From an uncultured archaeon (GTDB lineage: Archaea > Iainarchaeota > Iainarchaeia > Iainarchaeales > GCA-2688035): a stretch of 64,000 nt of DNA. Position 1 is the first letter of the stretch, and each line of letters opens with the position of its first letter. Made by a program: the position numbers and the translations under genes. Positions 18,083 through 26,900 of this stretch are shown in pieces. The DNA is taken from positions 4,881-68,880 of the forward strand of contig CAYHBD010000010.1 of NCBI GenBank assembly GCA_964354805.1, in the 5' to 3' direction. Under the pieces are notes generated by a model, which saw only the letters and a list, made by a program, of their open reading frames with translations, did no database searches and was not told the DNA's origin.

Positions 18083-18994
18083 TTACACTTTTAGCCGCCC
18101 TGTTGAAATCAGGGCATTTAATGCTCGCTGCAAGTTCCTTGAAACAACTTCACCACAGGAGAAATGCGCTCTAATCAAACCCACGTCAGCATAAGGCTTT
18201 CCCCTTTTATCAATGCCCGTTAAGTCTTTAATCTGCCGAACGGCTTCCTCAAGCAATGGCTTGAAATCAATCTTTTCAATCGCCTTACCTTTCTCCCGCA
18301 GCAACTGCTCGTGCCACCTGGCAAGATTAACATCAATGTAATCAGCTTTCTTTTTCTCATAAGCGTCAACCAGCTCTTTTCTCGGCAGCGGAATAGATAT
18401 TTTATCAATCCTTGAAACCTCGCCTTTCACATCCCTAACCCTGGGCTTTGGCATATACTGTTTCCCGCTCATAGCCGAAACAGTGCTCCAGTAAAACTGT
18501 GCAAAACTGCGCTTGCTGCGAAAATCAATGCTCTCAAACTTTGCAATGCCCGTTATGCCAACCTTGCGCACAACACTGTCAATTTGTGAAATCATGGGTG
18601 CACACATGAAAACAATAAACCCTTTTGCCCTGTAGGTTGTAACTGTGAAATTCATCCGCTTGTTTTCCTTTGTCATCGCATTCCGGGCGCTCGCTGCCTT
18701 TTCGCTGCCAGCAATTTCATCAAAAAGAATAACGCTGCCCCGCTTTAATTTTCCCTTTGAATCCCCGTTTCGCATAAGCCCAATAAAGTCTTCAACACTG
18801 AAAACAATGCGGTCGCTATTAAAGCCCGAATCCAAGTCTTGCCCAAAACGAATAGCTGCCGTGCTTTTGCCCGTGCCAGGCTTCCCAATAAACAAGAACG
18901 TGCAGTTTTGTTTTTGGCGATAAATATCCCGCCAGACCTGGCGATAAATGAAATTTCTTTTGATTTTCAACGGCATTACCTGCGTCATACTCAT
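18083..18994 (-). CDS. P-loop ATPase, candidate genome packaging/extrusion ATPase
   Basis: GKPGTGKS Walker A, ILFDE Walker B, MCAP...IDSVVR. Confidence 0.75.
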   Translation of the reverse strand: MSMTQVMPLKIKRNFIYRQVWRDIYRQKQNCTFLFIGKPGTGKSTAAIRFGQDLDSGFNSDRIVFSVEDFIGLMRNGDSKGKLKRGSVILFDEIAGSEKAASARNAMTKENKRMNFTVTTYRAKGFIVFMCAPMISQIDSVVRKVGITGIAKFESIDFRSKRSFAQFYWSTVSAMSGKQYMPKPRVRDVKGEVSRIDKISIPLPRKELVDAYEKKKADYIDVNLARWHEQLLREKGKAIEKIDFKPLLEEAVRQIKDLTGIDKRGKPYADVGLIRAHFSCGEVVSRNLQRALNALISTGRLKV

Positions 18995-19464
18995 TCCTCA
19001 AAATCAAAGTTTTTGCTTTTCACCGGCATCAAATTTGCTGCTCCAAACTGGGAAATGAGCAAGTCTTGAAGCTCACTCAACAAATCAAGGTATTGGTCAA
19101 CCCCGTCATTAAAAAAAAACGTTTGCCCGTTTACCTGAACCTGTTCAAGCAGCCGCAGCCGTATTTTTGCCCCGTTTATTTCCAATACATATTTTTGGTG
19201 CATTTTTGTTTTCAGTTTTGCGGACTTTGTTTTGTAGTCTTCCGTTAAAAAAGAGTTCAGCATGCTCTCAATCGTTCTGATTGCAGAATAAGCTCCTCTT
19301 GCAACCGCAACCCGCCCGTCAAACGTTTTGCGCCTCGCTTGCGAAACAGAAACCAAAAAATTATAACGGTCAAGTTCCTGCAAAACCAAGTATTGCAGGT
19401 TTGTTCGTTCATTGCGAATGTCCTCCACATTCATGCTCGCCAGAAAGCCCGTTTCCTCACTCAT
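18991..19464 (-). CDS. Hypothetical element protein coupled to the ATPase
   Basis: ATGA overlaps on both sides. Confidence 0.7.
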   Translation of the reverse strand: MSEETGFLASMNVEDIRNERTNLQYLVLQELDRYNFLVSVSQARRKTFDGRVAVARGAYSAIRTIESMLNSFLTEDYKTKSAKLKTKMHQKYVLEINGAKIRLRLLEQVQVNGQTFFFNDGVDQYLDLLSELQDLLISQFGAANLMPVKSKNFDFEE

Positions 19465-19847
19465 TTAGTTTTCGCCTCCGCTTTTTCAATCAAGTCCGAA
19501 AAATCGCAGCCTTTTGGCTCGGACTTAAAAACCACTGCAAGCAACAGTTTGAGTTTAAAGTTTGCTGCCCGAACATTCCTAAATTTTTCCTCGCAATCTT
19601 GGTTTTGGCGAAAATCCAAAACGGCCTGCTCAAAACCTTTTTCGTCAGGAATCAGGCCTCGGGCGAAAACAATAGCTTCAAGGTTGTCCACTGCTACGCT
19701 AAAATAAATCATGCCATCCTCAAACTTTCCGAGTTCTGCGCTTTTTGGCAAAATGTTCAACGCAGCCCACAAAGCCGCATCGGTGCATCGTTCCGCCAAA
19801 TTCTTCCTGCTAAAACCTGACCATTCGTTATCTTCCTGTTTTTTCAC
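19461..19847 (-). CDS. Hypothetical element protein
   Basis: GAGGTGA RBS, GTG start, ATGA coupling. Confidence 0.6.
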   Translation of the reverse strand: MKKQEDNEWSGFSRKNLAERCTDAALWAALNILPKSAELGKFEDGMIYFSVAVDNLEAIVFARGLIPDEKGFEQAVLDFRQNQDCEEKFRNVRAANFKLKLLLAVVFKSEPKGCDFSDLIEKAEAKTK

Positions 19848-19852
19848 CTAAA

Positions 19853-20113
19853 TCACCTCATTGATTTTTTTTTATAAAAAAAAATTGGGCGCTTCATTAC
19901 AACTCTCTGGCTTTCAAAAAAGTCACTACGCCAGCATTCAATCTTTGAAACAAAAAAACCCTGCGCCTGCAATTCCCGCAGCTCACTCTCGGTTTTAGGC
20001 ACGGCCATCTCAAAGGCTGACGGGTAAACCATCTGCGGCAGGCGGCGGGATGGAGTGAGCCGCCTGCCTTTTAACTTGGAGGTTTTTTTTCCACGAATTA
20101 AAATATGTTTCAT
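19853..20113 (-). CDS. Hypothetical basic element protein (MKHILIRGKK...)
   Basis: ATGA overlap with the upstream small membrane gene. Confidence 0.5.
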   Translation of the reverse strand: MKHILIRGKKTSKLKGRRLTPSRRLPQMVYPSAFEMAVPKTESELRELQAQGFFVSKIECWRSDFFESQRVVMKRPIFFYKKKSMR

Positions 20114-20289
20114 TTTGCAACCCGCCCAGCAAATTTTCCATGTAAATAAAAAACATAAACCCCAAAAAGGAAAACAATTGCAAGCACAGCGAAAGCCAGC
20201 AGAATATTCAAAATGGAAAAAAGCAGGCCAATGCCACAGGCCGCAACAGCAAGCAGCAAGCAGGCAACAGCGAGCAAAAGTTTTTTCAT
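20110..20289 (-). CDS. Small two-TM membrane protein (59 aa, not in ORF track)
   Basis: MKKLLLAVACLLLAVAACGIGLLFSILNILLAFAVLAIVFLFGVYVFY...; ATGA overlaps on both sides. Confidence 0.65.
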   Translation of the reverse strand: MKKLLLAVACLLLAVAACGIGLLFSILNILLAFAVLAIVFLFGVYVFYLHGKFAGRVAK

Positions 20290-20546
20290 TCAACCATCAC
20301 CCACCACACGGTTGTAGAATTTGAAACTTCAATTTTAACAAGTCCAGCGATACGCAATTCTTGCAAAGCAATTATTGTTTCGGTTTCCGAAAAACCGTTG
20401 TTTGGATTTCCATAAATCTCCCAAGCCAAAAAATGCTTATCGCTTGGTCGCGTTTCCGCTCTATTCCAATTCGGCATTTTCACGTTTTTGGCTTTTGGCA
20501 ATTCAAGAATCTTTTTCAACAAGAGTTGCTGTTGCATAGTGTTCAC
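20286..20546 (-). CDS. Hypothetical, possibly winged-helix protein
   Basis: ALQELRIAGLVKIE...WWV wHTH-like end. Confidence 0.45.
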   Translation of the reverse strand: MNTMQQQLLLKKILELPKAKNVKMPNWNRAETRPSDKHFLAWEIYGNPNNGFSETETIIALQELRIAGLVKIEVSNSTTVWWVMVE

Positions 20547-20856
20547 CTTCCAAAAAACTTTGTTTTGACTCTAATTTTTGGCGTTTGGCTTCAAGCCAAT
20601 TTTTTAGCTCGCTTTCCAAACCCTGTAAGTATTCAGGGACTGCGGTCATGCGCCAAATTTCTTTTGCTGCCTCAAGGTCTTGTTCAAAAATTGTTTGGCG
20701 TTTTTGTTGCCTGGTGAGAAAAGCCGCGCACTTCAAAAACTGTTTCGTTTCCTTTTGCATTGCGCGGTCTAAAGCCAAGCGGGATTTGCCTGATATCCGA
20801 ATGCCTAACTCTTTTATTAACTCACTAACCGCTGCGCTTCGCAATAACTTGCTCAT
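20503..20856 (-). CDS. Archaeal-type histone-fold protein with C-terminal extension
   Basis: AAVSELIKELGIRISGKSRLALD...AAFLTRQQKRQTIFEQDLEAA aligns with the HMf pattern (RVS; RKTIxxxDI). Confidence 0.78.
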   Translation of the reverse strand: MSKLLRSAAVSELIKELGIRISGKSRLALDRAMQKETKQFLKCAAFLTRQQKRQTIFEQDLEAAKEIWRMTAVPEYLQGLESELKNWLEAKRQKLESKQSFLEGEHYATATLVEKDS

Positions 20857-21062
20857 AAAAAAACCTCCTGAGATTCTATTACAATAGGCGCAATATCAGC
20901 CCTTTTTTTAAGCAAACCAATGGATTGGAGCGCAAAATCAGCGCGCAATGTTGAAAAGAGGCAAAACCAAGCGCGCTGCCCTATAGCAAATGGCTTTTGA
21001 ACACGTTCGAAAATGCGAACCGGTTTTTTCTCATTGATTTTTGACTGCAAATCACTTTCCAT
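20853..21062 (-). CDS. Hypothetical element protein
   Basis: Coupled between neighbouring genes. Confidence 0.45.
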   Translation of the reverse strand: MESDLQSKINEKKPVRIFERVQKPFAIGQRAWFCLFSTLRADFALQSIGLLKKRADIAPIVIESQEVFL

Positions 21063-21291
21063 TCAAAACACCAACCTGCTGCGTTTTTTTCAAAATATAT
21101 CCTGTCGCATCAAAAGGGCTATTTGGAATAAAGCAATGAGCGCACCGGTGCCCAAGCCCCCGGCCATGTTTGTGCAAACAATGGCAGAAATCGCACCAAA
21201 ACTGCCAGCCGCCCAAAAAATCCTGCCTGGGTTCAACCAAAACGATTGGAATGCCGTCTTTGTGGCCTAAAATAACAGTTTTTTCAGGCAT
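21052..21291 (-). CDS. Cys/His zinc-binding protein
   Basis: WCDFCHCLHKHG...HRCAHC. Confidence 0.65.
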   Translation of the reverse strand: MPEKTVILGHKDGIPIVLVEPRQDFLGGWQFWCDFCHCLHKHGRGLGHRCAHCFIPNSPFDATGYILKKTQQVGVLNGK

Positions 21292-22876
21292 TTGCAACCA
21301 CTCCCTCTCCGTTTTGTGTGGGCGGTCTGCCACTCTGGGCATTCTTACCCACGACATATTGCTCTGCCCTCTTTTTCTTCCGTTTTTTAGCCAAAACAGC
21401 CTGTTTTTCGATTGTTCCAAAATTTGTTACTCCCGATATGCGGTGCAATTCATGCAATTCATTTTCATTTGCATGATTTGCATTAATTGCATTATTTGTA
21501 TCAACTGCATGAATTGCATTAATTTCTATTTCTTCCCATTTTGGTATTGAAAAAGTAAGAACATCTGGAAGGGGTATATAAATTGCGACATCTTTTTTGG
21601 ATTCCTCAACATGGGTTTTGGTTTTTTCCAAAAAGCCAAGCTGAACCAATCGGTCAAGTGTATTTCGTAACCAGCGTTCTTCCCATCGAGAAAATCGTAT
21701 ATTTATGTTTTGTAGGGTTCCCCCATCTGGGAAGTATTTTATCAAAATTTCAATCAGTTCCTTTTCTTCTCTCGCAAGTGGAATCATCAAAGAATTGCTT
21801 GTTGTTTGCAATAAAGCAATTCTTGCATTTCCATAATCTTCCGGAGTAGCAAGTATTTTTCCCTGCAAATCTTTTTGTCTTTGGTGTTGGTGCAAACAGG
21901 CGCTTCCTTTAATATAATCAAGGAAGCGGGAGAAAATTGTTCGTTGAATAACCTGGCAATTCCTTGATTTTTTTATCCAGTATTCAGCTAATGCGTGGGT
22001 TATTTTTTCTGCATATGGAATAATCACTTCAATGAAATCAAGGCCGTAATAAAATCTTTTTGCCAATTCATTTTTTTCTTCTTGTTCTTGTCCTGCATCC
22101 TCACTCGCCTGTTTTAAATTTATTTGTAATGTTTGTTGTGAACTTTCATCCATGTACAAGAAAGGCAATCGCCTCAGTGCTTCATCTCCAGCTTTTACCT
22201 TTGCTGCGGTTGTGAGAAATGTTGGTTTGCCTTTAATACTCAAATCTTTTGCTGCTCCCTCATGCACGATTGTAACTGTATTTATTTTGTTTGGGTTTGC
22301 GCTCATCAGAGTTTTGACTGATTCGGAATTTAAAATTTTGCTGTTCACATCTTCGAGATAAACAAAATAGTTATTCCAATCTCGGTTCTGATGGCGAGCC
22401 AACGCATAATCCAACGCTTTTTCGCTTACTCTTCGCCTTGCAAAAATGTTTTCCTCAGGAAAAATATTAAGCGTTTCACTTACTACAAAATCTTTTCCTG
22501 TTCCTGGGGCAGCATTAGCACAGAGGTTGCTACTTGTGCTTCTTTTATTTTTTACTTTTGCAAGACAACAAATAAGAATAATTGTTTTAATGGAATTTGT
22601 TTCGCCGACAACACTTTTTTGCACTTCGATTGTGAGGTTATTTAAAAGTTGTGGCTGGGATAAATATGCTATTAGTTCTGGGTTGGAGTCAATTTGTATT
22701 GCCTCTTCTTTTTTTCCTTGCATTTCACGTTCCAACTCAGCGAGTTCAACAACCTCTTTTTTTACTAAAACCATTGCAATTTTGTAATCAAGCTTTACAA
22801 TACTACCTTTCGGTTGTTCTCCAGTGAGTTTAGTGTAATCTTCAAATTTCAAAATTTTGCACAGCACTTTGCTCAT
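21284..22876 (-). CDS. Replicative helicase-like ATPase (AAA+/MCM-like) with C-terminal wHTH
   Basis: AAPGTGKD Walker A, VYLED Walker B, ALRR arginine finger; follows the primase. Confidence 0.75.
   Translation of the reverse strand: MSKVLCKILKFEDYTKLTGEQPKGSIVKLDYKIAMVLVKKEVVELAELEREMQGKKEEAIQIDSNPELIAYLSQPQLLNNLTIEVQKSVVGETNSIKTIILICCLAKVKNKRSTSSNLCANAAPGTGKDFVVSETLNIFPEENIFARRRVSEKALDYALARHQNRDWNNYFVYLEDVNSKILNSESVKTLMSANPNKINTVTIVHEGAAKDLSIKGKPTFLTTAAKVKAGDEALRRLPFLYMDESSQQTLQINLKQASEDAGQEQEEKNELAKRFYYGLDFIEVIIPYAEKITHALAEYWIKKSRNCQVIQRTIFSRFLDYIKGSACLHQHQRQKDLQGKILATPEDYGNARIALLQTTSNSLMIPLAREEKELIEILIKYFPDGGTLQNINIRFSRWEERWLRNTLDRLVQLGFLEKTKTHVEESKKDVAIYIPLPDVLTFSIPKWEEIEINAIHAVDTNNAINANHANENELHELHRISGVTNFGTIEKQAVLAKKRKKKRAEQYVVGKNAQSGRPPTQNGEGVVANA
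21442..21523. repeat. 9-bp periodic ATGCA repeats, candidate iterons/origin
   Basis: Six direct units then two inverted units inside the helicase 3' end. Confidence 0.55.
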
Positions 22877-23724
22877 TTTCTCGCCTCCAGCAAACACAAA
22901 TCACAAATAGAGCGCTTTCCAATCGAGCCAGCAAATTTCTGAATCTGCTTGCAATTAAATTCCGGCTTATACTGGCCCCAACACTTCAACCGAGCAACTG
23001 TTAAGTTTTCTTGTTGCTGGGTTTCAACAAGCTTTTGCAGCAAAGTTTCATTGCCTCTAAAATATGCAAAGGCGTTGGGAGAAAAGCGGCTATTCTGTTG
23101 TTTGTTGTTTAAATCAATTTTGTTGTTTAAGCCGTATTCAAAAAAAGGGCAGTGTTTTTGATTATCTATTCTCCCTGAGGGAGTCTTATACATAAATTTT
23201 TTTTCGTTCTCTTTTTTTACCGCTTCAACAATTTCCTGCGGCAAAACATTCGTTCCCTTTGCTTCTCGAATCAGTATTTTTAACCTGCCTGTTTTGCGAT
23301 GTGGTGTTCCTGCAATATGCCACATCCGTTTGTTTCCAAAGTTTGCCTCATCGAAACTTTTGGAAAGTTCTTCATTCGTCAGCCATAGTGTCAGTGCTTT
23401 TTTTACCATTGGGCGAATCTCTGGCTCAATTAATTCAAGCCCCTGCCATTCCATTTCAAGATGGAAGCTTTTATTTCCGCCATCATAATATTGGTATGCA
23501 ATACCTTTCATATCGAGCAGCGAGCAAACAAAATTCATGACCTGTTTGTTTGTTTCTTTTTGTTCAAAATCTGTTTCAAGGCAAAGTTGTTCTGGCCTGA
23601 TTAATTCGTAATTTGGTTCACTTTTCATTTCTTTTTTCCATTGTTCAGGCGTTCTCCACTTGCTCCACCCATCTTTGTATTTTTTTAGGTTGCCTTCAGC
23701 AACAAGGTAAAGAAATTCACTCAT
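22873..23724 (-). CDS. AEP-family primase with Cys-rich C-terminal domain
   Basis: LETD and GGNKSFH motifs; HCP...FNCKQIQ...ICDLC. Confidence 0.75.
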   Translation of the reverse strand: MSEFLYLVAEGNLKKYKDGWSKWRTPEQWKKEMKSEPNYELIRPEQLCLETDFEQKETNKQVMNFVCSLLDMKGIAYQYYDGGNKSFHLEMEWQGLELIEPEIRPMVKKALTLWLTNEELSKSFDEANFGNKRMWHIAGTPHRKTGRLKILIREAKGTNVLPQEIVEAVKKENEKKFMYKTPSGRIDNQKHCPFFEYGLNNKIDLNNKQQNSRFSPNAFAYFRGNETLLQKLVETQQQENLTVARLKCWGQYKPEFNCKQIQKFAGSIGKRSICDLCLLEARK

Positions 23725-23810
23725 CAAAATTCCCCCGGCAAACTTCGCATTCCCCGCATAATTCGGGCATAAAAAGGCAAAAGCGAGGACACCAAATAGC
23801 ACGAAAAATT

Positions 23811-24008
23811 TTAAGGCTCATGTCTGCTTCCTCCATTTTTGTTTTCAATCGCAGACAGCCTGCTGGCTACATCCATTAACCTTTCTTCAGCCTGTCGCAG
23901 CCTGGAGTTTAAGGCTTCAATTTCTTCCTGCTGTCGTTCAAAAGAGCGGGCAGGGTGGCTGGTGCAAAAGCCTGTGTTGAGGCTGCTACGCATGAGGCAA
24001 CACCTCAA
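23811..24008 (-). CDS. Small coiled-coil protein
   Basis: Heptad-like EIEALNSRLRQAEERL. Confidence 0.45.
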   Translation of the reverse strand: MRCCLMRSSLNTGFCTSHPARSFERQQEEIEALNSRLRQAEERLMDVASRLSAIENKNGGSRHEP

Positions 24009-24174
24009 CTTTTTGAATCAGGGAAAAAGCAAAAACTTGGGGCAATCCAAACTTATCAATCATGCCGAGCTTATCATCCGTAACAGAAATTATTTTGCCT
24101 GAATACACCCTCTGTTGTCCGCAATCAAAAACAACAACCTTGCAAAATTTTCCAAGAAAAAGTTTCCAATCCAT
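23986..24174 (-). CDS. Sm/Hfq-like small beta-barrel protein
   Basis: LGKFCKVVV...YSGKIISVTDDKLGMIDKFG...FSLIQKVEV; AGGTGAGG RBS. Confidence 0.55.
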   Translation of the reverse strand: MDWKLFLGKFCKVVVFDCGQQRVYSGKIISVTDDKLGMIDKFGLPQVFAFSLIQKVEVLPHA

Positions 24175-24236
24175 TTCCTCACCTTTTTTATTTTTTTTCT
24201 CGCCTTCGCAGCTCGGCGCAAACCGCTTGAAAAAAT

Positions 24237-24374
24237 TCATTCGGCATTTTTTTCAGCCTCCAGCGCAGAATGGAGCAGATGCAGCAGCAAGGCCGTGCGT
24301 GTGTTGAATTGTTGTTTTTTTGCGTCAATGCGCCCAAGTAATTCAGCTGGGCAGTTGAATTGAACCAAAGGCAT
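24237..24374 (-). CDS. Ribbon-helix-helix (CopG-like) protein (45 aa, not in ORF track)
   Basis: MPLVQFNCPAELLGRID...TRTALLLHLL; AGGTGA RBS; first gene of the leftward operon. Confidence 0.65.
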   Translation of the reverse strand: MPLVQFNCPAELLGRIDAKKQQFNTRTALLLHLLHSALEAEKNAE

Positions 24375-24534
24375 TATTTTGTCACCTGAATGTAATGGTG
24401 CGGTTGGAATTTATAAATGTTTTTCTTTTTTTTACTACTTTTTTTTGTGGTAGGTATTGCTTTTTCTACTACTAAAATAAGGTTTTAATGGGAAAGCCAT
24501 AGTTTTATAAAGAGAAACCCCTATTATTTGTAGT

Positions 24535-25521
24535 ATGCCTACTACTGAAAGAAAAGAGCTGGAAGACCTTGCAAATTGCTTGGGAACACCAAAAACAAGC
24601 AGGGTTTTGCAGTTAATTGAGCTTTCAAACAATGGGCTGCTGATGCAAGACCTCTTTTCCCTGCTTAACGCACCAAAAGACAAGGGCACCCAGGATGCTT
24701 TAAAATTGCTGCAAGAAAGTGGTCTTATTGAAAAGCGAAAAGGCACAAACGTAAAAACAATCAGGGCAACATGGCAGCAAGAGCGCAACAAACTGCCTGC
24801 GCTGATCGAAATAAATATTGATGCAGGCCTGCGTTTTGGCTCGAGGTTTTTTTGCAAGCAAAACCCGGTTGCGCTTTTCTTTGAAAAAATAATAAACAAA
24901 AATGGGTTGAGCAAAGAACAGCAAGCGCTTTCTCCTTGCCTTGATGCAATTGGAAAAGAGATTGCGGCGAGATGGGAATGGCAAAAGCTGGCTGTTGATT
25001 TTAACACAGAACTACTGCCTGCTTTTGCTCAAAACTTTGAAAGCATTGGCAAAGAATTGGGAAATGCGTCTTTAAACAAAATATTAATAGCTAAAAAGGG
25101 CGCTGCAGAAGGTTTGGAAATGCTTAATCAAAAAACGATTGAGGTAATGGAAGAAATGAAGAAGGAAAAAAAAGCAGGCCGTTTGGCTTTTGTTGCAAGC
25201 CTGAAAGAAGAAAAAACGCTTTCCACACATTTGGATTATGTTTCACATATGCTGCAGCGCTTGCTTGTTGAAGAATTTATTCAGCACTACACCCGCTTTT
25301 ATGAGTATGTTGCAAAAGAGCAAGCGCCGGCAATTGATTTGGATAAAATAAATTTTATTGTTTCCCTGCTGCAAGAGGTTGAATCACGCCTTTCAAAAAA
25401 CGCCCTTGTTTTTGAGATTGTTTCCCGCTTGCAAAACTTCAACAACCTTTTAAGCGTTGCAATGGAGCAAAGGAAAACAATGGTGCTTTTGGAAAATAAG
25501 AAAGTGGCAGAAGGCAATTAG
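24535..25521 (+). CDS. Winged-helix regulator (putative element repressor)
   Basis: ArsR-like N-terminus (TQDALKLLQESGLIEKRKG); divergent from the RHH operon. Confidence 0.65.
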   Translation: MPTTERKELEDLANCLGTPKTSRVLQLIELSNNGLLMQDLFSLLNAPKDKGTQDALKLLQESGLIEKRKGTNVKTIRATWQQERNKLPALIEINIDAGLRFGSRFFCKQNPVALFFEKIINKNGLSKEQQALSPCLDAIGKEIAARWEWQKLAVDFNTELLPAFAQNFESIGKELGNASLNKILIAKKGAAEGLEMLNQKTIEVMEEMKKEKKAGRLAFVASLKEEKTLSTHLDYVSHMLQRLLVEEFIQHYTRFYEYVAKEQAPAIDLDKINFIVSLLQEVESRLSKNALVFEIVSRLQNFNNLLSVAMEQRKTMVLLENKKVAEGN

Positions 25522-26819
25522 CCGTTTTCTGCCAGTATTTTTTTATTCATCCCCGTTTTCTGCGCCATTTTTACCATGAATCCCAAAACTTCTTTTTGCA
25601 TTGCCGGGTTTTTGAATGCCAATTGCATTGTTTCAATCAGCAGGTTGTTTTCTTTGCTTTCTTTTGCCAGCACGTTGTCCAATCCGAGTGTTGCTCCGCA
25701 TTGCTCGCAAAATCCATTGCTTTCTGTGCTGCTGCAAATCGGGCATTCTTTTGGCATCATGCAATTGCCTGCGTTCAGTTCAAAGTATGGCTTCTCAAAG
25801 TCCACCGGCTTTATATGCGTATAATTCAGGCTAATCCTTTTGCTTTTGCTCCACCCAAACCAAGCATACTTTATATCCTCGCCCCAGCCGCTGCATCTGC
25901 TGGCCATCATGTGCCTGAAAACGCTGGTTGCCTTTCTTTCAGGCAATTCAACGCCGCCTGCTGCAAAGGCTCGCAGAACCAGCTGTCGTGCAGCAACATA
26001 GCTTAGCCTGTTGCCAAAGCGGTCAGGGAACAATGGTGCTTCTTGGTTATCGTGTTGGTAATTCTGCAGCCATTTTGTAATGTATGGCTTGCAGAGATAG
26101 CCGATAACCGTTCTCGGTTTGGTTTTTGAAACAGGAAAGTGCAGCAGCAGATAGTTTTTTCCCTCTGCCTGCTTTATGTCGCTTACGTTCATGCCAACTG
26201 CTTCGGTTATTCGGCATCCAGCATCATTCATAATTGAAAGCAGTGCCTGGTTGCGGAAATAGAGCGGGCTGTTTGCCCTGACCAGCTTTGATGCCCTTAT
26301 TGTTTGCCCTTCTCTTTGTGCCTTGCTTACCAATGCGTGTTTTTCTATTATGCCCTTAATCTGTTCCTGTGTGGGCAGTTCAATTAAATCTTCTACATCA
26401 GGCCGCTTGGGCATCTCAATGTTGTCAATTGCCTCAGGGTATTTGCCCTTTTTCATGTTGAAATGGTATCGCAAAAACTTTTTTGTCAGCCAAAAGTATT
26501 TCTCTACGCTGCCCCAGCTTAATGAACCTTTATCCATTCTGTCAAGCATGGAATTGAACCAAGCTTCGTTATCTGCTGCTGTTATGGCTTCAACGTTTTG
26601 CTTGTTGTGCCACAGCAGGTAATGATAGCTCACATCCAAGTCTTTGCATTGGGTGTTAATTCTTGCACCCTTGTCTTTTGCGTTGTATCTCACAAGAGCT
26701 TGCTTGCATTCTTCGCTCAATTCGCTGTCCTGAATTTTTTGCAGCAGGCCTGCTGTTTCTTTTCGCCTATTATGAATATCAATCTCTTCTTTACCATTTG
26801 AATTAGGCTTCGCAGCCAT
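25518..26819 (-). CDS. Tyrosine integrase with C-terminal zinc ribbon
   Basis: GCRITE, SKTK, SVFRH, FGW...LNYTH catalytic motifs; CPIC...FCEQCG. Confidence 0.93.
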   Translation of the reverse strand: MAAKPNSNGKEEIDIHNRRKETAGLLQKIQDSELSEECKQALVRYNAKDKGARINTQCKDLDVSYHYLLWHNKQNVEAITAADNEAWFNSMLDRMDKGSLSWGSVEKYFWLTKKFLRYHFNMKKGKYPEAIDNIEMPKRPDVEDLIELPTQEQIKGIIEKHALVSKAQREGQTIRASKLVRANSPLYFRNQALLSIMNDAGCRITEAVGMNVSDIKQAEGKNYLLLHFPVSKTKPRTVIGYLCKPYITKWLQNYQHDNQEAPLFPDRFGNRLSYVAARQLVLRAFAAGGVELPERKATSVFRHMMASRCSGWGEDIKYAWFGWSKSKRISLNYTHIKPVDFEKPYFELNAGNCMMPKECPICSSTESNGFCEQCGATLGLDNVLAKESKENNLLIETMQLAFKNPAMQKEVLGFMVKMAQKTGMNKKILAENG

Positions 26820-26900
26820 TCGCAATCACCTCACTTTAGGGCTGCATTACTACACCGCAACCCTTAAAAAAGGCAACTGCGAATGAACTGCGAACACTGA

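Noticed and set aside
19853-20293. Single Cys-rich 146-aa ORF
   Set aside because: Better explained as two ATGA-coupled genes (20110-20289 and 19853-20113); the Cys-rich part is an off-frame reading of a hydrophobic gene.
25900-25935. Integrase inactivation (S instead of H in HxxR)
   Set aside because: That His varies among active tyrosine recombinases; R, K, R, W and Y are retained.
16030-26900. Head-tail prophage or conjugative element
   Set aside because: No recognisable terminase, portal, HK97 capsid, tail, relaxase or VirB4-sized ATPase.
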